Source: Planctopirus limnophila DSM 3776 (lineage in GTDB: Bacteria; Planctomycetota; Planctomycetia; Planctomycetales; Planctomycetaceae). From it: a stretch of DNA of 32,000 nt. The notes under the pieces were generated by a model. It made no database searches and was not told where the DNA came from. It saw only the letters and a list, made by a program, of their open reading frames with translations. Position 1 is the first letter of the stretch. The number at the start of each line of letters is the position of its first letter. The stretch is from assembly GCF_000092105.1 (NCBI RefSeq), contig NC_014148.1:2400001-2432000 (forward strand). Direction: 5' to 3'. Positions 1 to 9,467 of the stretch are shown piece by piece. The position numbers were made by a program, and so were the translations under genes.

Positions 1-1
1 A

Positions 2-1993
2 GTGCTTCAAGGTGGGATTCAGCAGGAACATGAAACCACCTCTGGCGAAGACGACGCGAATGATGGCGACAGCACATTATTCGGTGCGGCATACGATGGC
101 ATGGTCTTTCGCGATACTGCAAACGACGGCCTGGAAAGCGACACGGCAGACAGTGGTGGCAGTGCCGAACCGGGTGAATTCGAAGTGATCGAGACCTTGC
201 TGGAACCGAGGCTCAAATTTGCCCGCATGATGACGCAAATGTGGCAGATCGCTGCCAGCGAATGCACCATGGCGGAGGCCACACAGAAGACTGCTTCGTC
301 TGAAGAAACCAGTCGTCCCGCAGCATTTTTCCCGGCAGATCACGTGGAAGAATGGCTTAAACAATGCGTCGAACTCCAGCAGCAACTCAAGCTGCTGATG
401 GAAGATCTTGAAAAGCATGGCGTGATCGAATCGAGCGGCGATCATGAAGCGAACATCGAGTTCGACATGCAGATCCAGACCAAGTTCTATCTGCTGCAAT
501 CGATTATCTACATCCAGATCAGCGCTCAGGTCGCACGCTGGTGTCTCGAAGCCTTGCTGGCCGAAACCACAGGAAAAATCGTCGCCAGCGACCACGAAGA
601 ACAAATGATCGTGGAGTCGATTTTAGGAATCTTGAGACGCGATCCTGCGGAAGTTCGCAAGCTTTTGCCTGCACTATTGAAGGAATTGCAGAAACGCCCA
701 CTCCTTTATATTCCATTGGAGCACGATGGCGATCCCGGCGAGATGCTCAATGCACGAATCGCGCAGGCGATTATCCGCTTCATGTTGTGCCATTTGCCAA
801 GGCTCGGTCTGCTCAAGGAAACCTGGCATCTGCTGCAGGCTGCTCATGAAATGGAACGCTCATCCCGGCCTGCCGGTATGGCTGTGACAGAGTTCGACCG
901 ATTGTTCCGCATCGCCCTCCGGAATTCGCTTGAAAGTATTATCCATGCCTCCCGTCAGTGGCAGAGAGGCAAATTCGCGGATGAAGATCTGATCGAAATT
1001 GTCGGCTCGACTGTCGAGCATTATCTCGATCAATGGCTCGATCACAGTTCCACCATGCGGCTCTCGACTGTTGAATCGCTCAAGATGGATGGTGTCTGGG
1101 ATCAGACTCGAGAGTTCATCAAGAAGTATGGCAATGAGTTTTTGAATGCTCGCGTGCTGACACTTGGGAACCTCCGCACAATTCTGCACCAGGGGATCGA
1201 AAAATATCTCGCTTATCTGGAGGAATCTGAAGACCCACTCCATCCCATCCCGCTTTTGGAAGATATCCGCGGAGGGAAGATCAGTACGCGAGAAGCTTCT
1301 GAAACGTTGCGGCTGATCTATCAGGTGATTGTTGATCGCTTTGATCGATTTCTGGAATACAACTCCACCACAACTCAATCCGACTATGGGCAACTGTTTT
1401 TCTCGCTGCTCGACTTCTTAAGGTTAGAAACTTCCTACGAACGAGATGCCTGGAATCTCCTCCCTGTCGCGATTGCTCACGAAGTCTTGACCAGGCAGGG
1501 TAGGCAGGAAGCTGCAGAGATCTGGGAGGAAGTCTTTACAGTCAAAACCGAAGATATGTCCGAGCGACATCTGGCCGAACTGAAAAAACTCGAACGGCAA
1601 TATGGCATGCGTTTGCCATCGGTTACGAGTCATCTCCAGGAGCGATTCGTTAAACCACTGGCTGTTAACAACATGCTGGCACTGATCCCAAGGGCTGTTG
1701 AAGAAGCTAAAAAGACGCCGATGGAAACCATTGCCATCCGATCGCTGGTGGCGCAGATCGAAGAGTATCTCAAGAGTTCGCTGGGCTCAGGGCTCGATGT
1801 GCCCCATTGGCTCAGGGCACTGGAAGAAGAACTCAATGAGGGGATCAGCCATTCAGGATGGACGGGTGCCGATGCAGAGCCGGAACTCAATCTCCTGGGA
1901 CTGAACTTTACTCTTCGAGAAATGCGTCAGCAGCTGAAAACATGGAAAGCGCCGCCGGGTGGCCGCAAGAAAAATGATTCAGGAAATGCCTGA
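2..1993 (+). CDS. C-terminal 663 aa of a large hypothetical protein (5' end lies outside the window)
   Basis: The frame is open from the window edge to the stop at 1991-1993. The sequence is helical and Leu/Glu-rich, with no motif I recognise. All overlapping antisense ORFs are much shorter. Confidence 0.7.
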   Translation: MLQGGIQQEHETTSGEDDANDGDSTLFGAAYDGMVFRDTANDGLESDTADSGGSAEPGEFEVIETLLEPRLKFARMMTQMWQIAASECTMAEATQKTASSEETSRPAAFFPADHVEEWLKQCVELQQQLKLLMEDLEKHGVIESSGDHEANIEFDMQIQTKFYLLQSIIYIQISAQVARWCLEALLAETTGKIVASDHEEQMIVESILGILRRDPAEVRKLLPALLKELQKRPLLYIPLEHDGDPGEMLNARIAQAIIRFMLCHLPRLGLLKETWHLLQAAHEMERSSRPAGMAVTEFDRLFRIALRNSLESIIHASRQWQRGKFADEDLIEIVGSTVEHYLDQWLDHSSTMRLSTVESLKMDGVWDQTREFIKKYGNEFLNARVLTLGNLRTILHQGIEKYLAYLEESEDPLHPIPLLEDIRGGKISTREASETLRLIYQVIVDRFDRFLEYNSTTTQSDYGQLFFSLLDFLRLETSYERDAWNLLPVAIAHEVLTRQGRQEAAEIWEEVFTVKTEDMSERHLAELKKLERQYGMRLPSVTSHLQERFVKPLAVNNMLALIPRAVEEAKKTPMETIAIRSLVAQIEEYLKSSLGSGLDVPHWLRALEEELNEGISHSGWTGADAEPELNLLGLNFTLREMRQQLKTWKAPPGGRKKNDSGNA

Positions 1994-2084
1994 TTGATGA
2001 ATGCGTAGAATAAGTTCACTCAGCATCATTTCTGCCTACGCGACTCTGTAGAAATTGCATGCTTCCGAACTTCGATCCGTGGCC

Positions 2085-3563
2085 TTACCACTCTTCGCTC
2101 TTTTGCACGTCACTCCATTGAGGAAGCAGACCATCGAGGCTGCTGACAATCCGCAGGTGTGAGACTCGAGCCAGATTGATCGATTCACCCGGAATGAGTG
2201 GAGATGTGCCGGGAGTTTCAATACGCACTGTTGGTTCAGCAAATCGCTCGCGATTCGACAACACGACCTTCGCGGTTCGTCCGTCGCTCAGCTTGACATA
2301 ACTCCCTACAGGAAAGAGGGAAATCAGGTGCAATAAGGCCCTGACAGATAAAGAGTCGAAATGGCCGGCTCGGGTCCCTTCCAGCAGATGTTCAATGGCT
2401 GCATAAGGAGATATTCCCGGGCGGTGCGGTCGCGGTGAGATCAACGCCAGATAGGTATCCGCTACAGCCGCAATACGCGAAAGTGGATGAATCTGATTGC
2501 CGCTGCGCTGCCGGGGATAACCTGAGCCATCCATTCGTTCGTGCATCTGGTAAGCCACAAGTTTGGCACCATGTGTCACGGTGGGCTCTTTGCTGAGCAG
2601 ATCGCAGATATAGATCGGATGCTTCATGATTTCGAGCTGGCTGCCGGCATTCAGCCTGCGATCAGCTTTCAGCTTCTGGGCAACTTTCAGCATCCCCGAA
2701 TCATGGATCAGACAACCAAAGCTCAAATCGAGAAGTTCGTCCTTTCGAAAGCCCATTAAAGTGGCCATCGCCGATGCCAGCATCGATGTCTTCAAACCAT
2801 GCTGCATGGGATATCGATCAAGGACTGGCTGTGAACCATTTTCGGCGAAAAGATCAATATCGCGGCTCATCAGAATCAGATTCTGTCGAGCCACGCCAGT
2901 GACGGCGTTCGTGTTGACTTTGCCTTTCGTACCAATATCAAGAAAGACGTCTTTCAACTGCCCGAGTGATCTTTCCACGCCTTGCTGAATTTCTCGAACC
3001 AGTGCCGGAGAAGGGTCAATGTTACTTCTCTGCGAGACATCATGAATGAACGAATCCGGTCTGATATTCCATTTGGGAGTCGGCGGAGTCGCGGGCGTTG
3101 CTGATGTTTCTTGAGCAGGTGCTGTCTTGGCACCAGCCCGATAAGTGCCGCCAATCCGCCCTGGGCCGGAGACATTGTTCAGTTCATTTTTGTGAACATG
3201 CACGAACTTGACGCCGCGACGGGCCATCAATTCGAGCAGATGAGAAGTGATGCGAGTTCCCGCAGCCAGCAATAGGGGAAAGGTCGGCTTATCCGCATCG
3301 TAGAGCGGAGACCGCAAATTGGCCCCGGGCCGAAGACGATCGATCGAAATGATCTGATAGTCGGCCCTGAGACTGGCTGATGAAGGACTTGTCGTTGGAC
3401 CCATGTGAAGGAAACTTGGCTTCAGTGGGAGGAGATTTTGGTGGTTCGATTCCGGTGAAAGACTGCTGACAGAAACTCTCACTAGCAAGGGTAGCTCATA
3501 GATTTCGCCGAACATGAAAAACTTTTGCGGGATCGATGCTGACACAGGTTCTGTGAAGGTCAA
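2085..3563 (-). CDS. HD-GYP domain cyclic-di-GMP phosphodiesterase-like protein with a DUF3391-like N-terminal region
   Basis: The 492-aa ORF carries the HD motif (CLIHDSGM) and the signature HERMDGSGYP. The N-terminal segment (IDRLRPGANL...LLAAGTRITSHLLELMARRGVKFVHV) resembles the DUF3391 module common in HD-GYP proteins. Confidence 0.9.
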   Translation of the reverse strand: MTFTEPVSASIPQKFFMFGEIYELPLLVRVSVSSLSPESNHQNLLPLKPSFLHMGPTTSPSSASLRADYQIISIDRLRPGANLRSPLYDADKPTFPLLLAAGTRITSHLLELMARRGVKFVHVHKNELNNVSGPGRIGGTYRAGAKTAPAQETSATPATPPTPKWNIRPDSFIHDVSQRSNIDPSPALVREIQQGVERSLGQLKDVFLDIGTKGKVNTNAVTGVARQNLILMSRDIDLFAENGSQPVLDRYPMQHGLKTSMLASAMATLMGFRKDELLDLSFGCLIHDSGMLKVAQKLKADRRLNAGSQLEIMKHPIYICDLLSKEPTVTHGAKLVAYQMHERMDGSGYPRQRSGNQIHPLSRIAAVADTYLALISPRPHRPGISPYAAIEHLLEGTRAGHFDSLSVRALLHLISLFPVGSYVKLSDGRTAKVVLSNRERFAEPTVRIETPGTSPLIPGESINLARVSHLRIVSSLDGLLPQWSDVQKSEEW

Positions 3564-3676
3564 AACCGGTTACACTGCAGAGTTTGTGCGTCATGGTCGC
3601 TGGCTGTGCGGCGGAGTTTCAACAGGGATGATTCCGCAAAGAAACAGAGAGCGAAAAGGGCAACCAAGAGATAGCC

Positions 3677-5755
3677 ATGGGTCGGATACAACAGCTCTCC
3701 AACAGTGTAGTGAACAAAATCGCAGCAGGCGAAGTGATCGAGCGCCCTGCCAGCGTGGTGAAAGAACTGATCGAAAACAGCATCGATTCCGGCGCACTTC
3801 GGGTTGAAGTCGATATTGGCGCGGGTGGCAGTGAATATATTCGCGTGACCGATGATGGCGGAGGCATTCACGCGGATGACATTCTCCTCGCTGTGACCAC
3901 ACATGCGACCAGCAAGATCCGCACGGCTGACGACCTGTTTCAGATTTCCACACTCGGTTTTCGTGGCGAGGCCCTGGCGTCGATTGCCGAAGTGAGTCAA
4001 CTGAGAATCCGGTCGCGAATTCCAGACAGCGATGTGGGTTCAGAGCTGGTCGTCAATCTGGGTGAGCGGGGAGAAGTCGTTCCTTGCGGCTGTGCGACGG
4101 GAACATGTATCGAGATTCGACAACTCTTTGCAAATACACCTGTCCGCAGAAAATTTCTCAAGAGCGATGCCACCGAATTCGGACACATCAGTGAACAATT
4201 TACCCGGATTGCACTGGCCCGCTCTCATGTGCACATGGTGCTTCGTCACAACGATAAAATTGTGTACGAACTCCCTGCCACAGACCGACTGATTGACCGT
4301 CTCGAAATGTTCTATGGTTCGGCCATTTCCGAACAGTTGATCTCGATTGATCATCAACTCGGAGAAATGCGACTCTGGGGTTATGTCGGCCATCCGGCTG
4401 TCAATAAAGCCACACGGAAATGGCAGCATCTTTTCTTGAATGGCCGCTGGTTCCAGGATCGATCCATTCAACATGCTCTTTCCGAGGCTTATCGCGGCTT
4501 GATCATGGTGCAGCGTCATCCGATCTGTTTTCTCTTTCTCGAACTCAACCCGGCTGATGTCGATGTGAATGTGCATCCCACCAAGGTGGAAGTACGCTTT
4601 CAAGATCCGCAGTCAATCTATCGCCTCATGCTCTCATCACTACGCAATCGATTTCTAGGCATGGATCTCGACAGCAAGCTCAAGGTTCCTGCTGAAGCCA
4701 GCACAGTCGATCCTCAAGAGCAGAACGAAATCCAGAAAGAGTTCTCCCAATGGGCAAAGACCGAACTTTTCAAAACGGCTGAGATCGCCGGGTCTCCGCT
4801 CATGGTTGGATCGACGATCGGCAGTGCCAACGCAAATAGTCCACTCTCGCTGCTTTCGCCGAACCTGCCGGATTCAGCCACTTCTCCCTGGAGCTCGGAA
4901 ATCGCTCCCGGATTGAATCGCTTCGAGACTGAGAATCTGGAATGGTCGGCCACGACTCACCGGACAGTCAGCAGAGTGAATTCACCATCGCATTTTGATC
5001 ACGTAGCCCATTCCGAATCGACGGATGGCATGGATACGCCAGAAGTCGAAGAGGCGGCATTCGCAGAGCAGCCCCAGAAATCTGATCATGAACTGGACTC
5101 CTCTCAGGCGAGGGAAATCTCTGAACTTCCTCATGCCGCTGGGAGCCAGAACCATCATTTCTCGACACAATTCCTGGAAGGGGTGCGAGCGCTGCAGATT
5201 CATGACTGCTATCTGGTGGTCGAAACTCCCGAAGGGATGACGGTCATCGATCAACATGCCTTGCATGAACGAATTCTTTACGAAGAATTCCGCCGTCGAG
5301 TGCATAGCAAGGCCATGGAATCGCAGCGACTGCTCATCCCGGTACCGATTGCCCTGGGCTTTCGGGGATCCAGCCTGCTCCTCGATTGCCGGGAAGCGTT
5401 AGATCAACTGGGATTCGAGATTTGCGAATTCGGGCAGGGAACCATTCTCCTTTCGGCCTACCCGGCGATGCTCGGAAAACTGAATCAGGAGCAATTGCTT
5501 CGTGATCTGGCGGAACAATTGGAGTCTTCATCACTGGAAAGTGCTCATCGCGATATTCTGGATGAGCTACTGAATATGATGGCTTGTAAGGCGGCTGTAA
5601 AATCGGGGCAGAAGTTGAGCCAGGAGGAAATCGAAGAGCTGTTGCGACAACGACATCTTGTCGCCGATGCTCATCATTGTCCTCATGGCCGGCCTACGGC
5701 ACTCAATCTGTCAAGAAGCGAACTTGATCGGCAATTTGGACGTCTGGGTTCCTGA
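3677..5755 (+). CDS. mutL: DNA mismatch repair protein MutL (endonuclease type)
   Basis: The N-terminal GHKL ATPase motifs are present (VVNKIAAGEVIERPASVVKELIENSIDSGA, DDGGGI, GFRGEAL). The C-terminal endonuclease motifs DQHALHERILYEE (DQHA-x2-E-x4-E), ACK and CPHGRP are also present. A long Ser/Pro-rich linker joins the two parts. Confidence 0.95.
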   Translation: MGRIQQLSNSVVNKIAAGEVIERPASVVKELIENSIDSGALRVEVDIGAGGSEYIRVTDDGGGIHADDILLAVTTHATSKIRTADDLFQISTLGFRGEALASIAEVSQLRIRSRIPDSDVGSELVVNLGERGEVVPCGCATGTCIEIRQLFANTPVRRKFLKSDATEFGHISEQFTRIALARSHVHMVLRHNDKIVYELPATDRLIDRLEMFYGSAISEQLISIDHQLGEMRLWGYVGHPAVNKATRKWQHLFLNGRWFQDRSIQHALSEAYRGLIMVQRHPICFLFLELNPADVDVNVHPTKVEVRFQDPQSIYRLMLSSLRNRFLGMDLDSKLKVPAEASTVDPQEQNEIQKEFSQWAKTELFKTAEIAGSPLMVGSTIGSANANSPLSLLSPNLPDSATSPWSSEIAPGLNRFETENLEWSATTHRTVSRVNSPSHFDHVAHSESTDGMDTPEVEEAAFAEQPQKSDHELDSSQAREISELPHAAGSQNHHFSTQFLEGVRALQIHDCYLVVETPEGMTVIDQHALHERILYEEFRRRVHSKAMESQRLLIPVPIALGFRGSSLLLDCREALDQLGFEICEFGQGTILLSAYPAMLGKLNQEQLLRDLAEQLESSSLESAHRDILDELLNMMACKAAVKSGQKLSQEEIEELLRQRHLVADAHHCPHGRPTALNLSRSELDRQFGRLGS

Positions 5756-5791
5756 TGGCTGTTTGAATGACGATTTTTATCCACGCATCAA

Positions 5792-7360
5792 TTGATAGGG
5801 CATATTGTGGCGTCGCAGATTTGTGTTGGAATAGGCCGCACCCGGCACCAGATGATGATTGCGGAACATCAGGCACTGGCGCAAAAAGGTGCCGAGCTGG
5901 TGGAACTCCGGGTGGATTACCTGTCGCGAACACCCGATATGAAGCGATTACTCGCGGATCGGCCCACTCCCACCATCGTCACTTGTCGTCGCGTGGCAGA
6001 TCGCGGTCGCTTTCGCGGTACAGAAGAAGAGCGGCAGACAATCCTGCGAACCGCCATTCTTTCCGGGGCTGATTATGTCGATATCGAAGCCGATATTGCC
6101 CCGCAGATCCGCAGATATGGCAAGACCAAACGGATTATCAGCCATCACGACTTCGATCAGACTCCTGATGACCTGGAAGAGAAGTATGCACAGATGTGCA
6201 AACTGGATGCGGATCTGGTCAAGATCGTGACGATGGCGAACCGGGCTGAGGATTGTGTCCGCATGCTCAAGCTTGTCGAAGGTGCACAAGTCCCCACAGT
6301 CGGTTTCTGTATGGGGGAGAAGGGGATGCTCACCCGTGTCCTGTGTGGTGCCTTTGGTTCGCCCTTCACTTACGCGACATTCAATAAAGAACGTGAACTG
6401 GCACCTGGTCAGTTTTCATTCGACGAAATGCGGAAAATGTTCCGCTACGAACAGATTACCCGCAAGACGATTCTGCTGGGTGTTCTGGGAGACCCGGTGG
6501 CCCACAGTTTGAGTCCTCTCCTGCACAATACGCTCATGCGAAAGGCTGGTTTCGATGGCGTTTACCTGCCACTGCGAGTTTCCGCCTCAGAACTGAGTGA
6601 AACACTCGACGCCTACGAACAACTGGGTTTTACTGGCTACAGTGCCACAATTCCTCACAAGGAATCTGTGCTTCAGAAATACCCGATGTGTGATGACTTC
6701 GTCCGGGCGATTGGAGCTGCGAATACGGTCTATCGCGATCAGGCGGGGCATTGGGCCTGTTCGAATACCGATTACCAGGCGGCACTCGATGCCATTCTCA
6801 GTGGGCTTAAACCTGGAGAAAGCCTGACTGGCAAACGTGTCTTATTGCTGGGTGCCGGTGGTGCTGCCAAAGCGATTGGCATGGCCATGCAGAAGAGTGA
6901 AGCCATTACCGTGGTGGCAAGCCGCACATTGAAAAGGTCTCAAGCACTGGCTGATCAAATTGGCGGGCGGGCAATCACCTGGGAAAACCGCGGGTCGGAA
7001 TTTGCCGACATTCTGATCAATTGCACGCCCGTGGGTATGCATCCGAACTTGAATGAATCCCCCTTTCCCATTCACTGGCTGCGCGAGGGGATGCTAGTTT
7101 TCGACACGATTTACACACCCGAGCGAACTTTGCTGATCAAAGATGCCCGTGATCGCGGCTGCACGACAGTCACTGGCGTAGAAATGTTTATTCGCCAGGC
7201 GACGGCACAGTTCCGATTGTTTACCGGGCTCAAGCTCTCGCTCGATGATGTCCGTACGATTTTCCGTCGATTGATTTCGCCTGTTCGACATGACGATCTG
7301 CTGGCCGATCCTTCGGCTGCCGATGGAAATGCGGATAACGGACAAGTGAGCGACTCATGA
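5792..7360 (+). CDS. aroDE: Bifunctional 3-dehydroquinate dehydratase (type I) / shikimate 5-dehydrogenase
   Basis: The N-terminal half is AroD-like (ELRVDYL, ISHHDF, DLVKIVTMA with the Schiff-base Lys context). The C-terminal half is AroE-like (VLGDPVAHSLSPLLHN, GAGGAAKA Rossmann motif, NCTPVGM). The predicted start is a non-ATG codon, so the exact start is uncertain. Confidence 0.9.
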   Translation: MIGHIVASQICVGIGRTRHQMMIAEHQALAQKGAELVELRVDYLSRTPDMKRLLADRPTPTIVTCRRVADRGRFRGTEEERQTILRTAILSGADYVDIEADIAPQIRRYGKTKRIISHHDFDQTPDDLEEKYAQMCKLDADLVKIVTMANRAEDCVRMLKLVEGAQVPTVGFCMGEKGMLTRVLCGAFGSPFTYATFNKERELAPGQFSFDEMRKMFRYEQITRKTILLGVLGDPVAHSLSPLLHNTLMRKAGFDGVYLPLRVSASELSETLDAYEQLGFTGYSATIPHKESVLQKYPMCDDFVRAIGAANTVYRDQAGHWACSNTDYQAALDAILSGLKPGESLTGKRVLLLGAGGAAKAIGMAMQKSEAITVVASRTLKRSQALADQIGGRAITWENRGSEFADILINCTPVGMHPNLNESPFPIHWLREGMLVFDTIYTPERTLLIKDARDRGCTTVTGVEMFIRQATAQFRLFTGLKLSLDDVRTIFRRLISPVRHDDLLADPSAADGNADNGQVSDS

Positions 7361-7923
7361 AGATCTCCCTGATTGGTTATCGAGGCACTGGCAAAACAAC
7401 CATCGGAGCGAAACTCGCGGAGGATCTGCACCTGGGGTTTATCGACGCCGACCAATTGCTGCAGGAACGAGCAGGTCGCAAGATCAGCGAGATCTTTGCG
7501 ACCGATGGCGAGCCCGTTTTTCGACAGCTCGAAGCCGACCTAATTCATGAGCTGGCCAACTCGAAAGAATCCTTCGTACTTTCAACGGGTGGAGGTGTCA
7601 TCCTGCGGCCTGAGAATCGAGCAGCGCTGCAATCAGCAGGCCCGGTGGTCTGGTTGAAGGCGACACCACGAACCATCTGCACAAGGCTGAAACTGGACTC
7701 GGCCACGGCCCATCAACGTCCCGCGTTACTGGCTGAGACGAAACCAGATCATACCCCAGAAGAACAAATGCTTTACGAAGTGACCACCCTCCTGGCCAGG
7801 CGAGAACCTTTCTATCAAGAGACAGCATCGTTTGATGTCACGACCGATGAACGGGATGAGACACAAATCGTGCGAGAAATTCTGGAGAAACTTGTCGACT
7901 TGAAAATTCAATCCCACAGGTGA
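7357..7923 (+). CDS. aroK: Shikimate kinase
   Basis: The P-loop is ISLIGYRGTGKTTIG, with ST(GGG) and an FR..E pattern typical of AroK. The start ATG overlaps the aroDE stop as ATGA at 7357-7360. Confidence 0.9.
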   Translation: MKISLIGYRGTGKTTIGAKLAEDLHLGFIDADQLLQERAGRKISEIFATDGEPVFRQLEADLIHELANSKESFVLSTGGGVILRPENRAALQSAGPVVWLKATPRTICTRLKLDSATAHQRPALLAETKPDHTPEEQMLYEVTTLLARREPFYQETASFDVTTDERDETQIVREILEKLVDLKIQSHR

Positions 7924-8097
7924 GCCTGTCGAGAAAACATCGAAGGCATGGATGATGATTAATTTAATCACCATTGCTTCAAGAATTGGATTTACAACCT
8001 GCACAATTGCATAAGCATGCAACTTTCGGCAGATTGTTGACGATTATCAAACTTCAGAACCTTTCCCCCTTTCTCAACGAAATCCCGAAGGGAATGC

Positions 8098-9402
8098 ATG
8101 CTCGATCTCCCTGCGTGGTTCATCCTTTCGACGCTCTTTATTCTGGGTTCGATGGTCGGGAGTTTTCTGAATGTCGCTGTCTGGCGGATTCCACGCCACG
8201 ACGACTGGATTCAATCACTCAAAGGGGTCGTTTATCCCCCTTCAGCCTGCCCGGGTTGTCGGACGCCGATTCTTTCGAGAGATAATGTCCCAATTCTGGG
8301 TTGGTTATTACTTCGGGGCCGCTGTCGGGCTTGTGGAATTCGAATTTCGTGGCGTTACCCGGCGATCGAAGCCCTCAATGGCATATTGTGGGTGGTGCTC
8401 TATCTCGCCATCGTGCCTCAAGGCTACTTTCACGAAGCCTCAGCGAGTTGTGTCTGGACTGAACTGCTTCCGGGAGATGCAACGGTCGTCAGCCGTCAAG
8501 AAATCTTCAGTCGTGCGTTATGGCATTACGTTTATTTTCTGGTACTGATTGAAGGGCTGCTCGTTGCCACTTTGATTGATTTTGATCTGCAGATCATTCC
8601 CGATGGAGTGACTGTCCCCATGGCGATTTTTGGTCTCGCCATACCCATTATCACGGGTACAACAGCGCTTTGGCCCGTCTGGTTTCACGATCCGGAACTG
8701 ATCCGCACATTGGGCCTGTTCTTCCCGGAAGGAATGTTGAGCTGGTGGGAGACATGGAGCATCCCGAGCTGGATTTCTGCATGGCCTCGATGGCATGCCA
8801 TCGTATTCAGCCTGACAGGTCTGGTCGTTGGCGCTGGTCTGATCTGGCTGGTCAGAATCCTGGGACATTGGGTTTTCGGTCAAGAGGCCATGGGGTTTGG
8901 CGATGTCATTCTGGGAGGAGTGATCGGCATTTACGTTGGTTGGCAAGCCTCGATAGTCGTTTTCTTTCTGGCACCAGTCGTGGCTCTTCTTTCACTGGCG
9001 GTCACCTTCCCGTGGATCAAAAACCGGGCAATGCCCTATGGACCTTTCCTGAGTATCGCCACACTCATTGTGATACTCGGTTGGCAACCCATCATGACGC
9101 GAGCCGAGAAATTCTTTGCGATGGGGCCCTTACTTTTCATCATTGGCGCCGTGATGCTGGTACTGCTCGTCGCCTCACTCTGGCTGGTGCAGGGCATGAA
9201 GCGTTTATTGGGTATTCGCGATGAATGGCCCATCGAAGACGAATGGACCAGTGCCGACCAGTTGATCTTCTTTGCCAACCGTCAACCGGAAGCCACGATG
9301 AGCCAGCCGGGATCAAATTCAACATGGCATGGTGAGTTAGCCAGCCAGGGACGCTTACACAGCGAAAAATGGCGCGGCCATACACTCCCATGGAAAAACT
9401 GA
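8098..9402 (+). CDS. Prepilin peptidase (peptidase A24 / PilD family), unusually long
   Basis: The N-terminal CxxC...CxxC module is CPGCRTPI...GRCRACG. The two catalytic-Asp contexts are IDFDLQIIPDG and GFGDVILGG. The protein has multiple TM segments. At 434 aa it is longer than the roughly 250-290 aa I recall for typical PilD. Confidence 0.85.
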   Translation: MLDLPAWFILSTLFILGSMVGSFLNVAVWRIPRHDDWIQSLKGVVYPPSACPGCRTPILSRDNVPILGWLLLRGRCRACGIRISWRYPAIEALNGILWVVLYLAIVPQGYFHEASASCVWTELLPGDATVVSRQEIFSRALWHYVYFLVLIEGLLVATLIDFDLQIIPDGVTVPMAIFGLAIPIITGTTALWPVWFHDPELIRTLGLFFPEGMLSWWETWSIPSWISAWPRWHAIVFSLTGLVVGAGLIWLVRILGHWVFGQEAMGFGDVILGGVIGIYVGWQASIVVFFLAPVVALLSLAVTFPWIKNRAMPYGPFLSIATLIVILGWQPIMTRAEKFFAMGPLLFIIGAVMLVLLVASLWLVQGMKRLLGIRDEWPIEDEWTSADQLIFFANRQPEATMSQPGSNSTWHGELASQGRLHSEKWRGHTLPWKN

Positions 9403-9428
9403 AGGACAACCCATGACGGGCTGTCCTT
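9402..9428. terminator. Hairpin between convergent genes (candidate terminator)
   Basis: aaggacaaccc-atgac-gggctgtcctt forms an 11-bp stem with one mismatch. On the minus strand it is followed by cagTTTTTcc. It lies between the prepilin peptidase stop and the cupin gene stop. Confidence 0.4.
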
Positions 9429-9467
9429 ACAGATTCAAGCTCAAGATACGCCTGATCGCTCGAACCA

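Noticed and set aside
77-1393. Long antisense ORFs (77..604 -, 860..1393 -). Similar cases elsewhere are 4040..4603 -, 8670..9224 +, 10658..11209 +, 22924..23490 + and 28914..29393 +.
   Set aside because: Each lies entirely inside a longer opposite-strand ORF that has recognisable domains or a better coding appearance. Their translations are Arg/Ser/Cys-rich, as is typical of shadow frames, and none has a convincing Shine-Dalgarno sequence.
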